Below are positions 45,097 to 56,224 of a DNA stretch of 64,000 bases, piece by piece. A program made the translations under genes and the position numbers. Every line of letters begins with the position of its first letter. Position 1 is the stretch's first letter. The notes below the pieces were generated by a model. It was not told where the DNA came from. It did no database searches and saw nothing but the letters and a program-made list of their open reading frames with translations. Origin of the DNA: an uncultured Candidatus Saccharibacteria bacterium (GTDB lineage: Bacteria > Patescibacteriota > Minisyncoccia > Phycocordibacterales > UBA2100); contig CAZPGE010000001.1 in assembly GCA_964586255.1 (NCBI GenBank), forward strand, positions 133,907 to 197,906, read 5' to 3'.

Positions 45097-48000
45097 CGAA
45101 ATCCTTTCAAGACAACCACGAGCGCGAGACTGCTTCTTCCGGCGTGTCTCGCAGCGCGTCGTCTGCCGACCCAAGACATCGAGAGGCAGCGCTGCGCGAG
45201 CACGCGCAGACAGCGACGCCGAAGAAGCTGCCTCGTCGAGTTCTTCTGCTCGGTTCCGGCGGGCTCAAGATCGGACAAGCCGGTGAGTTCGACTATTCGG
45301 GCTCGCAGGCAATAAAGGCACTCAAGGAAGAAGGAATCGAGGTAGTACTCATGAATCCAAACATCGCGACTGTACAAACCGATGAAAAGCTCGCCGACAC
45401 CGTCTACTTCCTGCCGCTTACACTCGCTTTCGCGACGGGCGTTATAGAGAAAGAAAAGCCCGACGCCATCTTCTTGAGCTTCGGGGGCCAGACCGCTCTC
45501 AACCTTGGCCTTCAGCTGGAAGAAACGGGAATACTCAAGAAACACGGAATCGCCGTGCTTGGCACTCCCGTATCCACCATTCGTGATACGGAAGACCGCG
45601 ACCTCTTCATCGCCCGCCTGAGCGAAATCGGCGTACAGACGGCGAGGAGCAAGGCTGCACGCGCTGTCCAAGAAGCGCTTCGGGCCGCAAAGGAAATCGG
45701 ATTCCCCGTGATGCTGCGGTCAGGATTTGCTCTCGGAGGGGAAGGCTCTGGCGTCGTCAAAAATGCTCAGGAGCTCACCGACAAACTTACCGAAGTCTTC
45801 CGCAACGTGCCCCAAGTGCTCGTCGAGGAGAATCTCGGGGGTTGGAAAGAGGTGGAATACGAGGTCGTGCGCGACAAGGCGGACAATTGCATCACCGTCT
45901 GCAACATGGAAAACATTGACCCGATGGGCATCCACACTGGCGAATCTATCGTCGTCGCTCCATCACAAACGCTCTCCAATCGCGACTACCACATGCTTCG
46001 TGAAGTAGCGATTAAGACCATTCGGCACCTCGGCATTGTCGGCGAGTGCAATATTCAGTACGCGCTGCATCCCACTTCGGGCGATTACCGCGTGATCGAA
46101 GTGAACGCGCGTCTTTCCCGCTCTTCCGCACTCGCATCAAAAGCTACGGGGTATCCTCTCGCGTTCGTCGCGGCAAAGCTTGGCCTCGGATACACGCTGA
46201 CTGAGCTTAAGAACTCGGTGACAAAGAAGACGACCGCGTGTTTCGAGCCCGCGCTCGATTATGTGGTCCTCAAGATGCCGCGATGGGATCTCGCAAAATT
46301 CGAGAATGCCGCCACGAGAATCGGTACGGAGATGAAAAGTGTGGGCGAAGTCATGGCGATTGGCCGAAGCTTCGAGGAAGTGCTTCAAAAAGCAATTCGC
46401 ATGCTCAATACCGGCGCACAAGGATTCACCACACAGAAGAACGGTGCCTTCAACGTGGCCAACTATCGCAAAGAAATTCATGAGCCAACGACGCGCCGCA
46501 TCTTTGCTTTGGCGCAGGCGCTGCGCGACGGCGTAAGCATCGAGCGCATACATCAGCTCTCTAAGATTGATAGGTGGTTTCTCTCGAAGATGGAGAACAT
46601 TATTGCTATTGAAAAGCGCCTCAAGCGCGGGCGCCTCACCAAGGAGCGGATTCTTGAGGCAAAGCGTGCAGGATTCTCTGATGCGCAGATTGCCACACTT
46701 ACGAAGTCTACCGAGCTCAAGGTGCGCGCCTTGCGCAAGAAGCTCGGGGTACTACCGAGTATTAAACAAATCGACACGCTCGCCGGCGAATTCCCCGCTC
46801 GCACCAACTACCTGTATGTCACGTATCACGGCACCGAACACGACGTCGAGCGCGGTGACAATCAAATGGCTGTACTCGGCTCCGGACCATACTGTATTGG
46901 CTCTTCCGTGGAGTTTGATTGGTCGTGCGTTCAGGCACTTAAGACACTGAAGAAGGAGGGATACGACACCATCATGATCAACTCCAACCCGGAAACGGTC
47001 TCTACTGATTACGACATGTCGGATCGGCTCTACTTCGAAGAGCTGTCACTAGAGCGCATCCTCGACATCGCCGAATTCGAGAAGCCAAAGGGCCTCATGA
47101 TTTCAGCGGGTGGGCAGATACCCAACAATCTTGCACTGCCGCTTCACAAGTGCGGCCTGCCTATCTTGGGTACCTCACCTGAAGACATCAACAGAGCTGA
47201 GGACCGGCATGTTTTTTCCAAAATGCTGGACAAGCTTGGCGTCGACCAGCCCGGATGGGCAGAACTGAGCACGCTCGCGGCTGCTCGTAAGACAGCGAAA
47301 AAGCTCGGTTATCCTGTCCTCGTCAGACCTTCCTACGTTCTCTCGGGAGCTGCTATGAGCGTCGCGTACGACGAGCCGTCGCTTGTGCGATTCCTTCGCA
47401 AGGCCGTAAGTATCACCAACGACCATCCCGTGGTCATATCGAAATATATTGAGAACGCTCGCGAAATCGAGATAGATGGTGTAGCTAAAAAAGGCAAACT
47501 TGTCGTCTATGCAATCACCGAGCACGTCGAAAATGCAGGCACACACTCAGGCGACGCGACAGTGGTATTGCCGCCGCAGCGCACCTATCTCGAAACAATC
47601 CGCCGCGCCAAACAGGCAGCAAAACATATCGTTAAGGAGCTCAACATCACGGGCCCTTTTAACATCCAGTTTCTTGCAAAGGATAACAAGCTGCAGGTGA
47701 TTGAGTGCAACGTACGCGCTTCGCGCAGCTTCCCTTTCGTATCGAAAGTTACCGGATACAACTTTATAGATATCGCGACGCGCGCGATTCTTGGTCGCGA
47801 TGTCTCAGGCGAATACCATACCGTCGAGCTCGATACGGTCGCTGTAAAGTCGCCGCAATTTTCGTTTAATCGTATCAAGGGCGCGGACCCTCGTACAAGC
47901 GTGGAAATGGCATCTACGGGTGAAGTGGCATGCTTTGGTGACTCATACGCGGAAGCGCTCATCAAGTCCATGATGGCTGCGGGATTCCGTCTGCCTCGGA

Positions 48001-48401
48001 AAAATATCCTGCTGTCACTCGGAGGCGAGGAACATAAGGTGAAGCTACTTCCGGCACTCAAGAATCTATACGCGCTTGGATTTAACTTCTACGCCACCGA
48101 ACACACGGCCGACTTTCTTTCGGAACACGGCATGCGTAATAAAAAGGTATACAAACTTCATCAGAGGAAAAAGCCCAACGTCGCCGAATTACTCCACTCC
48201 GGGGAGCTGGACCTCATCATCAATATTCAGCAGCGCGCACTCAAGCCTTCGCAGGATGGTTTTGCGGTACGCAGAAAGGCGATAGATATGAATATTCCTC
48301 TTATTACAAACCGGCAGCTCGCCGAGGCGTTTATCCTCGCACTCTGTGAACTCAAGGAGATGCCTGCACCCAAAGCCTGGCACGAGTACAAAAGCGAATA
48401 G
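45093..48401 (+). CDS. carB: Carbamoyl-phosphate synthase large subunit (with ~45-aa N-terminal extension)
   Basis: 1102 aa; duplicated ATP-grasp halves, MGS-like C-terminal domain. Start overlaps the carA stop (ATGA). Confidence 0.93.
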   Translation: MTKSFQDNHERETASSGVSRSASSADPRHREAALREHAQTATPKKLPRRVLLLGSGGLKIGQAGEFDYSGSQAIKALKEEGIEVVLMNPNIATVQTDEKLADTVYFLPLTLAFATGVIEKEKPDAIFLSFGGQTALNLGLQLEETGILKKHGIAVLGTPVSTIRDTEDRDLFIARLSEIGVQTARSKAARAVQEALRAAKEIGFPVMLRSGFALGGEGSGVVKNAQELTDKLTEVFRNVPQVLVEENLGGWKEVEYEVVRDKADNCITVCNMENIDPMGIHTGESIVVAPSQTLSNRDYHMLREVAIKTIRHLGIVGECNIQYALHPTSGDYRVIEVNARLSRSSALASKATGYPLAFVAAKLGLGYTLTELKNSVTKKTTACFEPALDYVVLKMPRWDLAKFENAATRIGTEMKSVGEVMAIGRSFEEVLQKAIRMLNTGAQGFTTQKNGAFNVANYRKEIHEPTTRRIFALAQALRDGVSIERIHQLSKIDRWFLSKMENIIAIEKRLKRGRLTKERILEAKRAGFSDAQIATLTKSTELKVRALRKKLGVLPSIKQIDTLAGEFPARTNYLYVTYHGTEHDVERGDNQMAVLGSGPYCIGSSVEFDWSCVQALKTLKKEGYDTIMINSNPETVSTDYDMSDRLYFEELSLERILDIAEFEKPKGLMISAGGQIPNNLALPLHKCGLPILGTSPEDINRAEDRHVFSKMLDKLGVDQPGWAELSTLAAARKTAKKLGYPVLVRPSYVLSGAAMSVAYDEPSLVRFLRKAVSITNDHPVVISKYIENAREIEIDGVAKKGKLVVYAITEHVENAGTHSGDATVVLPPQRTYLETIRRAKQAAKHIVKELNITGPFNIQFLAKDNKLQVIECNVRASRSFPFVSKVTGYNFIDIATRAILGRDVSGEYHTVELDTVAVKSPQFSFNRIKGADPRTSVEMASTGEVACFGDSYAEALIKSMMAAGFRLPRKNILLSLGGEEHKVKLLPALKNLYALGFNFYATEHTADFLSEHGMRNKKVYKLHQRKKPNVAELLHSGELDLIINIQQRALKPSQDGFAVRRKAIDMNIPLITNRQLAEAFILALCELKEMPAPKAWHEYKSE

Positions 48402-48630
48402 GAAATTAAAAACCCCCGAACTCGACTACGCATACTAGTACGCGCAATAGTCTCGGGGGTACGCTACGCAACAACGATACAAGAACTTTTACATCCCGAT
48501 ACACTACGCGGGTGTGAAGTGCCGATTCCCACACTTCCTCACAGTCACATACACCGGGCCGGAAGGCACCAAGCCGGGTCATATGCACCGTGGTAGCCCA
48601 GGCAGTTTTATACCACGGCACAAGCCAGCG

Positions 48631-51261
48631 TCAATCCCGCTTGCCCTTGGCTTTCTTCAACATCTTCTTGAGGTAGTACCCCGTGTGAGAGCCCTCCGTA
48701 CGCGACACTTCCTCCGGTGTGCCCTTTGCTACAATCTGACCGCCGCGCTCCCCACCTTCTGGCCCCATGTCGATAAGATAATCTGCGCACTTGAGTACAT
48801 CGAGGTTGTGCTCGATGACAATTACCGAATTGCCCTTGTCGACGAGCTTCTGCAAAATGTCGATAAGCTTTGCGACGTCGTCATAGTGAAGTCCCACCGT
48901 CGGCTCGTCGAGCAAGTAGATGCTTTTGGTGATGTGGGGGCGGTACAGCTCCGATGCGATTTTTACACGCTGCGCTTCCCCGCCGGAGAGCGTGGTCGCG
49001 CTTTGGCCAAGTTCGAGATATGAAAGACCGACGTCTGCGAGAGAGCGTAGGCGATCCGATATCGCCGGTATGTCGTCGAAAAACTTCAACGCTTCTTCTA
49101 CCGTCATCGAGAGCACATCGTGAATGCTCTTCTTCTTGTACTTCACTTCGAGCGTCTCTTTCATAAAGCGTTTTCCGTTGCATACATCACACGTGACGTA
49201 CACCGTCGGCAAGAAATGCATCTCAACAGCCACGAGGCCGTTGCCTTGACACGCCTCACAGCGACCGCCCTTTACGTTGAATGAGAATCTGCCGGGTCCC
49301 CATCCGCGAGCGCGACTCTCTTCGCTCATCGCGAACATATCGCGGATGTGCGTCCACGCACCGGTGTACGTCGCAGGATTGGAGCGCGGTGTGCGACCGA
49401 TTGGTGACTGGTCGATAAGAATCGCGCGTCCAAGGTATTCAGTACCCGTAAATTCCTTCACATTGTACGTCTTGGCCGTCCGAAATCGCTTGTCGAAGCG
49501 CGCCTGCAGATTGCGGTGAAGCAGTTCGTAAAGAAACGTCGATTTACCGGAGCCAGACACACCGGTGATACCTACGAGCTTACCGAGTGGAATATCGGCA
49601 TTGAGATTTTTGATGCTAAATTTGTTGCCTCCGCGAATCTTTATCTTTCCTTTGTCTGCCGTGCGGCGTTTGTCAGGTACTGGTATCTCGGTCTCCTGAC
49701 GCAAGTATGAGAGCGTACGCGAGCCAGACTTATTGGTCTTCGCCGTAAGAAGCTCCTCGAGCCAACCTGCGGCCACAATGTTGCCTCCGTGCGTACCTGC
49801 GCCGGGTCCGATATCGACGATGTAGTCAGACGCATAAATAGTATCTTCGTCGTGCTCGACGACGATTACTGTGTTACCGAGATCGCGCAGATGCTTCAGC
49901 GTATTGATAAGTTTGTCGTTGTCTCGCTGGTGAAGTCCGATGGTCGGCTCGTCGAGTACGTAGAGCGCCCCGACGAGGCCGCTTCCAAGTTGCGAAGCAA
50001 GGCGTATGCGCTGCGCTTCACCACCGGAGAGCGTGTTGGCCTTTCTATCGAGGGTGAGGTATTCGATACCCACGTTGAGCATAAACTGCAGGCGACTTGT
50101 AATCTCCTTGATTACCTGGCGAGAGATATCCTGCTCCTTCTTGCTGAGCTTCAACTGATTGAAAAACGTCATCGCGTCTTCTATCGAAAGGGCGGCGAGC
50201 GAGACAATGCTCATGCCGGTTGCAGGCCCCTTGTGTTCGACGGGCTCATGTACCTTGCCCATGAATACGTTGAGAGCCTCGGGCCGAAGGCGTGCACCCT
50301 CACACACATCGCATGGTTCGTCGCCAAAAAAATACTTGCTACCGAGACCTTTGCACTCAGGACACGCCCCGTATGGAGAGTTGAATGAAAAAAGGCGCGG
50401 CTCAACTTCCGGGAAAGAGAATCCATCGTACGCACACATAAACTTCGCCGAGATGATGTGTGACGTACCATCGGGGTCAGTGATATGTACGAGCCCATCG
50501 CTCTCAGCGAGCGCTCGCTCTATGGCCTCGCTTGCACGCTCAAGACTTCCCTTCACATCATCGTTGAATTCCGATACGAAGATTTCATCCACGATGATGT
50601 CGATGTCGTGCCGGTCGTTCTTACCCATGACGATTCGCTCGCGAAGGGATTTCTCTTCTCCATCAACTATCGCGCGTTCAAACCCTTTGTTGAGCATGTC
50701 GTAGAGCATTTGGTAGTACTCGCCCTTGCGCCCTACCACTACGGGCGCAGAGATACGCACTTTTTCCTTCGAAACCGCCGCGGTGAGCTTTTTCTTGCTG
50801 GCGACTTTCTTGTTCTTGCTCGCCTCTTCAACTATCTCCAAGACTTTTTCAAGAATCTCTTCGTTGGTCTGCTTCTTGACCTCCCTGCCGCAAGTCGGAC
50901 AATGCGGGTGACCTATGCGCGCATAGAGCACTCGCAGATAGTCGTATATCTCGGTGATGGTCGCGACGGTCGAACGCGGATTGTTGGAGCGACTCTTTTG
51001 GTCGATAGATATTGCGGGCGAAAGACCCGTTATCTCATCGACATCGGGCTTCTGCATCTGGCGGAGGAATTGACGAGCATACGCAGAAAGTGACTCCACG
51101 TATTTTCTTTGGCCCTCGGCAAATATCGTGTCAAAAGCCAAAGACGACTTTCCGCTACCGGAAAGTCCCGTAAACACGACCATCTTCCCGCGCGGTATCT
51201 CTACCGTGACGTTCTTCAGGTTGTGCGTCCGCGCCCCTTTTATGACTATTTTATCGTCCAT
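48631..51261 (-). CDS. uvrA: Excinuclease ABC subunit A
   Basis: From [18 protein letters not shown]...; two ABC ATPase modules, zinc-finger CxxC pairs, about 877 aa. Confidence 0.95.
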   Translation of the reverse strand: MDDKIVIKGARTHNLKNVTVEIPRGKMVVFTGLSGSGKSSLAFDTIFAEGQRKYVESLSAYARQFLRQMQKPDVDEITGLSPAISIDQKSRSNNPRSTVATITEIYDYLRVLYARIGHPHCPTCGREVKKQTNEEILEKVLEIVEEASKNKKVASKKKLTAAVSKEKVRISAPVVVGRKGEYYQMLYDMLNKGFERAIVDGEEKSLRERIVMGKNDRHDIDIIVDEIFVSEFNDDVKGSLERASEAIERALAESDGLVHITDPDGTSHIISAKFMCAYDGFSFPEVEPRLFSFNSPYGACPECKGLGSKYFFGDEPCDVCEGARLRPEALNVFMGKVHEPVEHKGPATGMSIVSLAALSIEDAMTFFNQLKLSKKEQDISRQVIKEITSRLQFMLNVGIEYLTLDRKANTLSGGEAQRIRLASQLGSGLVGALYVLDEPTIGLHQRDNDKLINTLKHLRDLGNTVIVVEHDEDTIYASDYIVDIGPGAGTHGGNIVAAGWLEELLTAKTNKSGSRTLSYLRQETEIPVPDKRRTADKGKIKIRGGNKFSIKNLNADIPLGKLVGITGVSGSGKSTFLYELLHRNLQARFDKRFRTAKTYNVKEFTGTEYLGRAILIDQSPIGRTPRSNPATYTGAWTHIRDMFAMSEESRARGWGPGRFSFNVKGGRCEACQGNGLVAVEMHFLPTVYVTCDVCNGKRFMKETLEVKYKKKSIHDVLSMTVEEALKFFDDIPAISDRLRSLADVGLSYLELGQSATTLSGGEAQRVKIASELYRPHITKSIYLLDEPTVGLHYDDVAKLIDILQKLVDKGNSVIVIEHNLDVLKCADYLIDMGPEGGERGGQIVAKGTPEEVSRTEGSHTGYYLKKMLKKAKGKRD

Positions 51262-51290
51262 AGTGTATCTTTTCTCTGTCTTCTGCACTA

Positions 51291-51326
51291 CTCCTGTATT
51301 TTCACCAATTGGTGAATTTACTGCAG
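51291..51326. promoter_or_regulatory. 36-bp near-palindromic operator candidate (copy C), 30 nt upstream of the uvrA ATG: CTCCTGTATTTTCACCAATTGGTGAATTTACTGCAG
   Basis: Its reverse complement CTGCAGTAAATTCACCAATTGGTGAAAATACAGGAG differs from copy A at only a few positions. Confidence 0.6.
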
Positions 51327-51415
51327 TTCGCCTAGAGAAGGAGTCTCTCAAATCTGCAAACAATTCCGACCCCCGCTTTGCGCTAGGGGTTGGTAGGGGC
51401 ACTATATCACGCGGG

Positions 51416-52333
51416 CTACAGGAGCGCTGCTTCCTCCTTGAGCTCTACGCCGAATTGGTTGAAGACCTCGAGCTTTATCATTTGTGCCAGATTTCGGACG
51501 TCGTGCGCGGTGGCCGTTCCCTGATTCACGATGTAATTGGGGTGCTGGAGGCTCGCTATCGCTCCACCTACGGTGGCGCCCTTCATGCCGGCTTTCTCTA
51601 TGAGCCAACCGGCCGGTACCCTACTCTCACGTGACTTCACACCCTTTTCTGCCTCAAACATCTCAACGATATGCGCGGGGGCAATCGGATTCATAAAGAA
51701 TGAGCCAGCTGCGCGTACATTTTGAAGATGTCTTCGCTCGCGCTCTGCTATCGTCTCGTCGGAAAGTCGAGCGCTCTCGACCGGCTCAACGGCATTGAGT
51801 TTCAGGGTCACGCTGGTGATAATCCAATCAGGGTTATCTTTGAAAAAGCTGTGCCGATATGAAAAGTCGCATACGCCGTTTTCGAAATCTTTCGTTTCAC
51901 CGGACTTCGCATTGAATGCACTGACGCTCAGCACGAAATCCTTTATTTCCGGCCCGAATGCACCCGCGTTGCCGCGCACCGCACCACCCACTGTGCCCGG
52001 AATTCCAGAGAGTTTCTCCCAGCCGCCGAAACCCTGCATGCCGCATTCTCGGATGAGCGAGAGGAGGTTGCACCCGAAGTCCGCCGTAAGCACGCCATCT
52101 TGCAGCGTGTAACTCCCCTCCACTATGTGCAGTACGACAGCCCGGAGTCCGTCATCTGGAACAAGGACGTTGCTTCCTCCCGCGAGTACGATATACGGAA
52201 GTGACTTCTCTCGCGCAAAAGCGAGCGCGTCGCGCACATCCTGCTCGTTCGCGACGTCGATAAAGTATGACGCGGGGCCTCCAATACCAAAAGTAGTGAA
52301 AGGCGCGAGCAGTATGTTTTCCTGAATACGCAT
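51416..52333 (-). CDS. murB: UDP-N-acetylenolpyruvoylglucosamine reductase MurB
   Basis: From [21 protein letters not shown]...; FAD-binding domain, MurB C-terminal domain. Confidence 0.9.
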   Translation of the reverse strand: MRIQENILLAPFTTFGIGGPASYFIDVANEQDVRDALAFAREKSLPYIVLAGGSNVLVPDDGLRAVVLHIVEGSYTLQDGVLTADFGCNLLSLIRECGMQGFGGWEKLSGIPGTVGGAVRGNAGAFGPEIKDFVLSVSAFNAKSGETKDFENGVCDFSYRHSFFKDNPDWIITSVTLKLNAVEPVESARLSDETIAERERRHLQNVRAAGSFFMNPIAPAHIVEMFEAEKGVKSRESRVPAGWLIEKAGMKGATVGGAIASLQHPNYIVNQGTATAHDVRNLAQMIKLEVFNQFGVELKEEAALL

Positions 52334-52334
52334 A

Positions 52335-54377
52335 TTATTTTTTACCGGCCTTTGCCTTCTTCTTCGCCCCCTTGAGCAATTTCTCAAGCTCTCCTATCTC
52401 GTCGCGCAATATTGCTGCCGTCTCGAAATCCAGATTGTCCGCCGCTTCATGCATCTGCTGCCTCTTATCCTTTATCAACTTCACAGGGTCGCCACCGTCT
52501 GCCGATATATCGAGTTGCGCGAGCTCGTGTACCGCATTACGACGCGACTTCTGGATGTCTTCCATGATGTCGAAAATCCTTTTTTGAATCGTCTGCGGCG
52601 TGATGTTGTGCTTCGTGTTGTAGGCGACCTGTACGGCCCGACGACGATTCGTCTCGCCTATCGCCCGCTCCATAGAGCCGGTCATAGTGTCGGCATAGAG
52701 AATCACGCGGCCATGCACGTTGCGCGCCGCACGACCGATGGTCTGGATGAGAGAGGTCTCGCTGCGCAGAAAGCCCTCCTTGTCAGCGTCGAGTATGGCC
52801 ACCAGCTCAACTTCCGGCAGGTCGAGGCCCTCGCGGAGCAAGTTAACGCCCACGAGCACATCAAAAAGGCCCTTACGAAAATCGGTGAGTATCTCGATGC
52901 GGTCTATTGTCTTTACATCGCTGTGTATATAACGAACCTTAATCTTTTTTTCTTCAAGGAACGTGGTCAGGTCTTCCGCCATCCTCTTGGTGAGGACGGT
53001 CACCATGGACCTCGCGCCACGCGCCGTTATCCGCTCCGCTTCGCGTATAAAGTCACGTACCTGGCCTTCATACTCCCCCGAGCTCACGATGGGGCGCACG
53101 ACAATCTCAGGGTCAATAAGGCCGGTAGGCCTGATGACCTGCTCAATAGGCGTACCACTGCGCGCAAGTTCATATTTGCCTGGCGTGGCCGACGTATAGA
53201 TAGTCTGTCCGATACTGCGCTCAAACTCGTCAAACTTGAGCGGGCGATTATCGACGGCGCTCGGCAATCGGAATCCGTGTTCAATGAGCGTCTCTTTGCG
53301 CGCTCTGTCTCCTGCGTACATCGCACCTACCTGAGGAATGGTGACGTGCGACTCATCCACCACGGTCAGGTAATCTGGCGTACCGTCTGCTTTGTGCGGA
53401 AAATACGAGAGCAGCGAGTACGAAGGTTCGCCAGGTTTTCTACGGTCGAAATGACGCGAGTAATTCTCAATACCGTTGCAGTATCCAAACTCACGAATCA
53501 TGGAGATGTCTTGCCTCGTGCGACGCTTAAGGCGCTCTGCCTCAAGAATCTTTCCCGAATCGTTAAGCTTCTTAAGCTGGTCGGCAAGTTCTTGCTCTAT
53601 ATCCGCAAGAGCCGCGTCCTTTACCTCTTCGGCCGTAATGTAATGCTTGTGGGGAAAAAGAAACGCACTATCCACTTCGCGATGAATCACGCGTGTAATA
53701 GGGTCCATCTCTTGTATCGAAGCGATAGTACCGCCGGAAAGATCAAGGCGATATATTACGCGCTCTTGCGCCGGCATGATTTCCACGAGGGAGCCGAGTG
53801 GGCGAAACGTGCCGGGAGAGAGGTCGCCCGCTGTGCGTTCAAAATGCATCGATATCAGCTTGCGCGTAAGCGCTGCGCGCGTATACACCTGCCCCTTTTT
53901 GAGATTGAGAATCGCATTCTTGTATTCTATGGGGTTTCCAAGACCATAAATGCAAGAGACCGAGGCTACCACTATCACATCTGAGCGCGTAAGGAGCGCT
54001 TGTGTGGCCGCATGACGCAGCCGCTCGATATCCTCGTTGATCATCGCCTCTTTCTCTATGTACGTGTCAGTCACCGCCACGTACGCTTCCGGCTGGTAGT
54101 AGTCGTAGTATGAGACAAAGTAGTGCACGGCCGCATCAGGGAAAAAGTCACGGTACTCGGAAGCGAGCTGAGCAGCCAGCGTCTTGTTGTGTGCAATAAC
54201 GAGGGTCGGCTTCTGTACTTTTTCTATTACGTTGGCAATCGTAAAGGTCTTTCCCGAGCCCGTGACGCCAAGGAGCGTCTGGTCGCGCACGCCCTTGGAG
54301 AGTCCCTGCACGAGACTCTCTATGGCTTTGGGCTGGTCGCCCGCCGGCGTGTATGCAGACTTGATAGTGAGGGACAT
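52335..54377 (-). CDS. uvrB: Excinuclease ABC subunit B
   Basis: 680 aa; helicase motifs GVTGSGKT, DESH, C-terminal UVR domain (...AADNLDFETAAILRDEIGELE...). Confidence 0.95.
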   Translation of the reverse strand: MSLTIKSAYTPAGDQPKAIESLVQGLSKGVRDQTLLGVTGSGKTFTIANVIEKVQKPTLVIAHNKTLAAQLASEYRDFFPDAAVHYFVSYYDYYQPEAYVAVTDTYIEKEAMINEDIERLRHAATQALLTRSDVIVVASVSCIYGLGNPIEYKNAILNLKKGQVYTRAALTRKLISMHFERTAGDLSPGTFRPLGSLVEIMPAQERVIYRLDLSGGTIASIQEMDPITRVIHREVDSAFLFPHKHYITAEEVKDAALADIEQELADQLKKLNDSGKILEAERLKRRTRQDISMIREFGYCNGIENYSRHFDRRKPGEPSYSLLSYFPHKADGTPDYLTVVDESHVTIPQVGAMYAGDRARKETLIEHGFRLPSAVDNRPLKFDEFERSIGQTIYTSATPGKYELARSGTPIEQVIRPTGLIDPEIVVRPIVSSGEYEGQVRDFIREAERITARGARSMVTVLTKRMAEDLTTFLEEKKIKVRYIHSDVKTIDRIEILTDFRKGLFDVLVGVNLLREGLDLPEVELVAILDADKEGFLRSETSLIQTIGRAARNVHGRVILYADTMTGSMERAIGETNRRRAVQVAYNTKHNITPQTIQKRIFDIMEDIQKSRRNAVHELAQLDISADGGDPVKLIKDKRQQMHEAADNLDFETAAILRDEIGELEKLLKGAKKKAKAGKK

Positions 54378-54394
54378 CGGATTACTGTAACAAA

Positions 54395-54432
54395 TTCTGC
54401 TTTTAAAAAGAAAGGCCTCCCTAGAGGAGGCA
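54395..54432 (-). terminator. Hairpin GCCTCC-ctaga-GGAGGC with a flanking T/A tract between a small ORF and uvrB
   Basis: Minus-strand reading: AGACTTGCCTCCTCTAGGGAGGCCTTTCTTTTTAAAAG. Confidence 0.4.
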
Positions 54433-54469
54433 AGTCTGTACGCGTCGCTGTTCTTCTGTCGTTCGGGCT

Positions 54470-54739
54470 TCAGTCCTTCTTGGGGATTTCCTCCTCGCTT
54501 TCCGCAGCTGGCGTTTGCGTCGCCGCAGGCTTCTCTTCTTGATCACGCGACTGCGAACTCATTTGGAAGCGTCCTTCTGGGCCGGGAAGCCTACACCCTT
54601 GATTGGTACCGGTCAGCCTGCTCATCTGACTACCTTTCTCGCTGTATTGTCGACGGTGCGCCGTACATTCGTTCTGCGTTGCAAAACGTCCGCGTAGTAT
54701 GCCCGGTCTTTCCACTTTTGCAAGCCGGGCGAGGGGCAT
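54470..54739 (-). CDS. Possible small protein (89 aa, Arg/Gln-rich, acidic C-terminus); the locus may instead be non-coding
   Basis: ORF only; the region contains a long imperfect hairpin (about 54705..54760). Confidence 0.25.
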   Translation of the reverse strand: MPLARLAKVERPGILRGRFATQNECTAHRRQYSEKGSQMSRLTGTNQGCRLPGPEGRFQMSSQSRDQEEKPAATQTPAAESEEEIPKKD

Positions 54740-54814
54740 ACTGCGTTCCCTTCAGTTGCGCTGCAGACGGATAGGCATGCCGAAATCGGCACGATCTAAA
54801 GTCCACATCTCTAT

Positions 54815-56059
<1,245 letters not shown>

Positions 56060-56224
56060 TTATTGTGACCTACTTGCTTCGAGGAATAGAGCGACGACCC
56101 TTGCTGCCGGCGCCGTGCTGCCCTGCCCTCGACGGCATGCGTATCGGCGTCTGTTGGCGCGACTGAGGCTTGTCGTAATGCGGTTTATTATTCTTTTTCT
56201 CAAACGGTCCTCCCTTCATATCGT

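Noticed and set aside
52449-53984. 511-aa plus-strand ORF inside uvrB
   Set aside because: Antisense to uvrB. No motifs. Typical long antisense ORF in GC-rich coding DNA.
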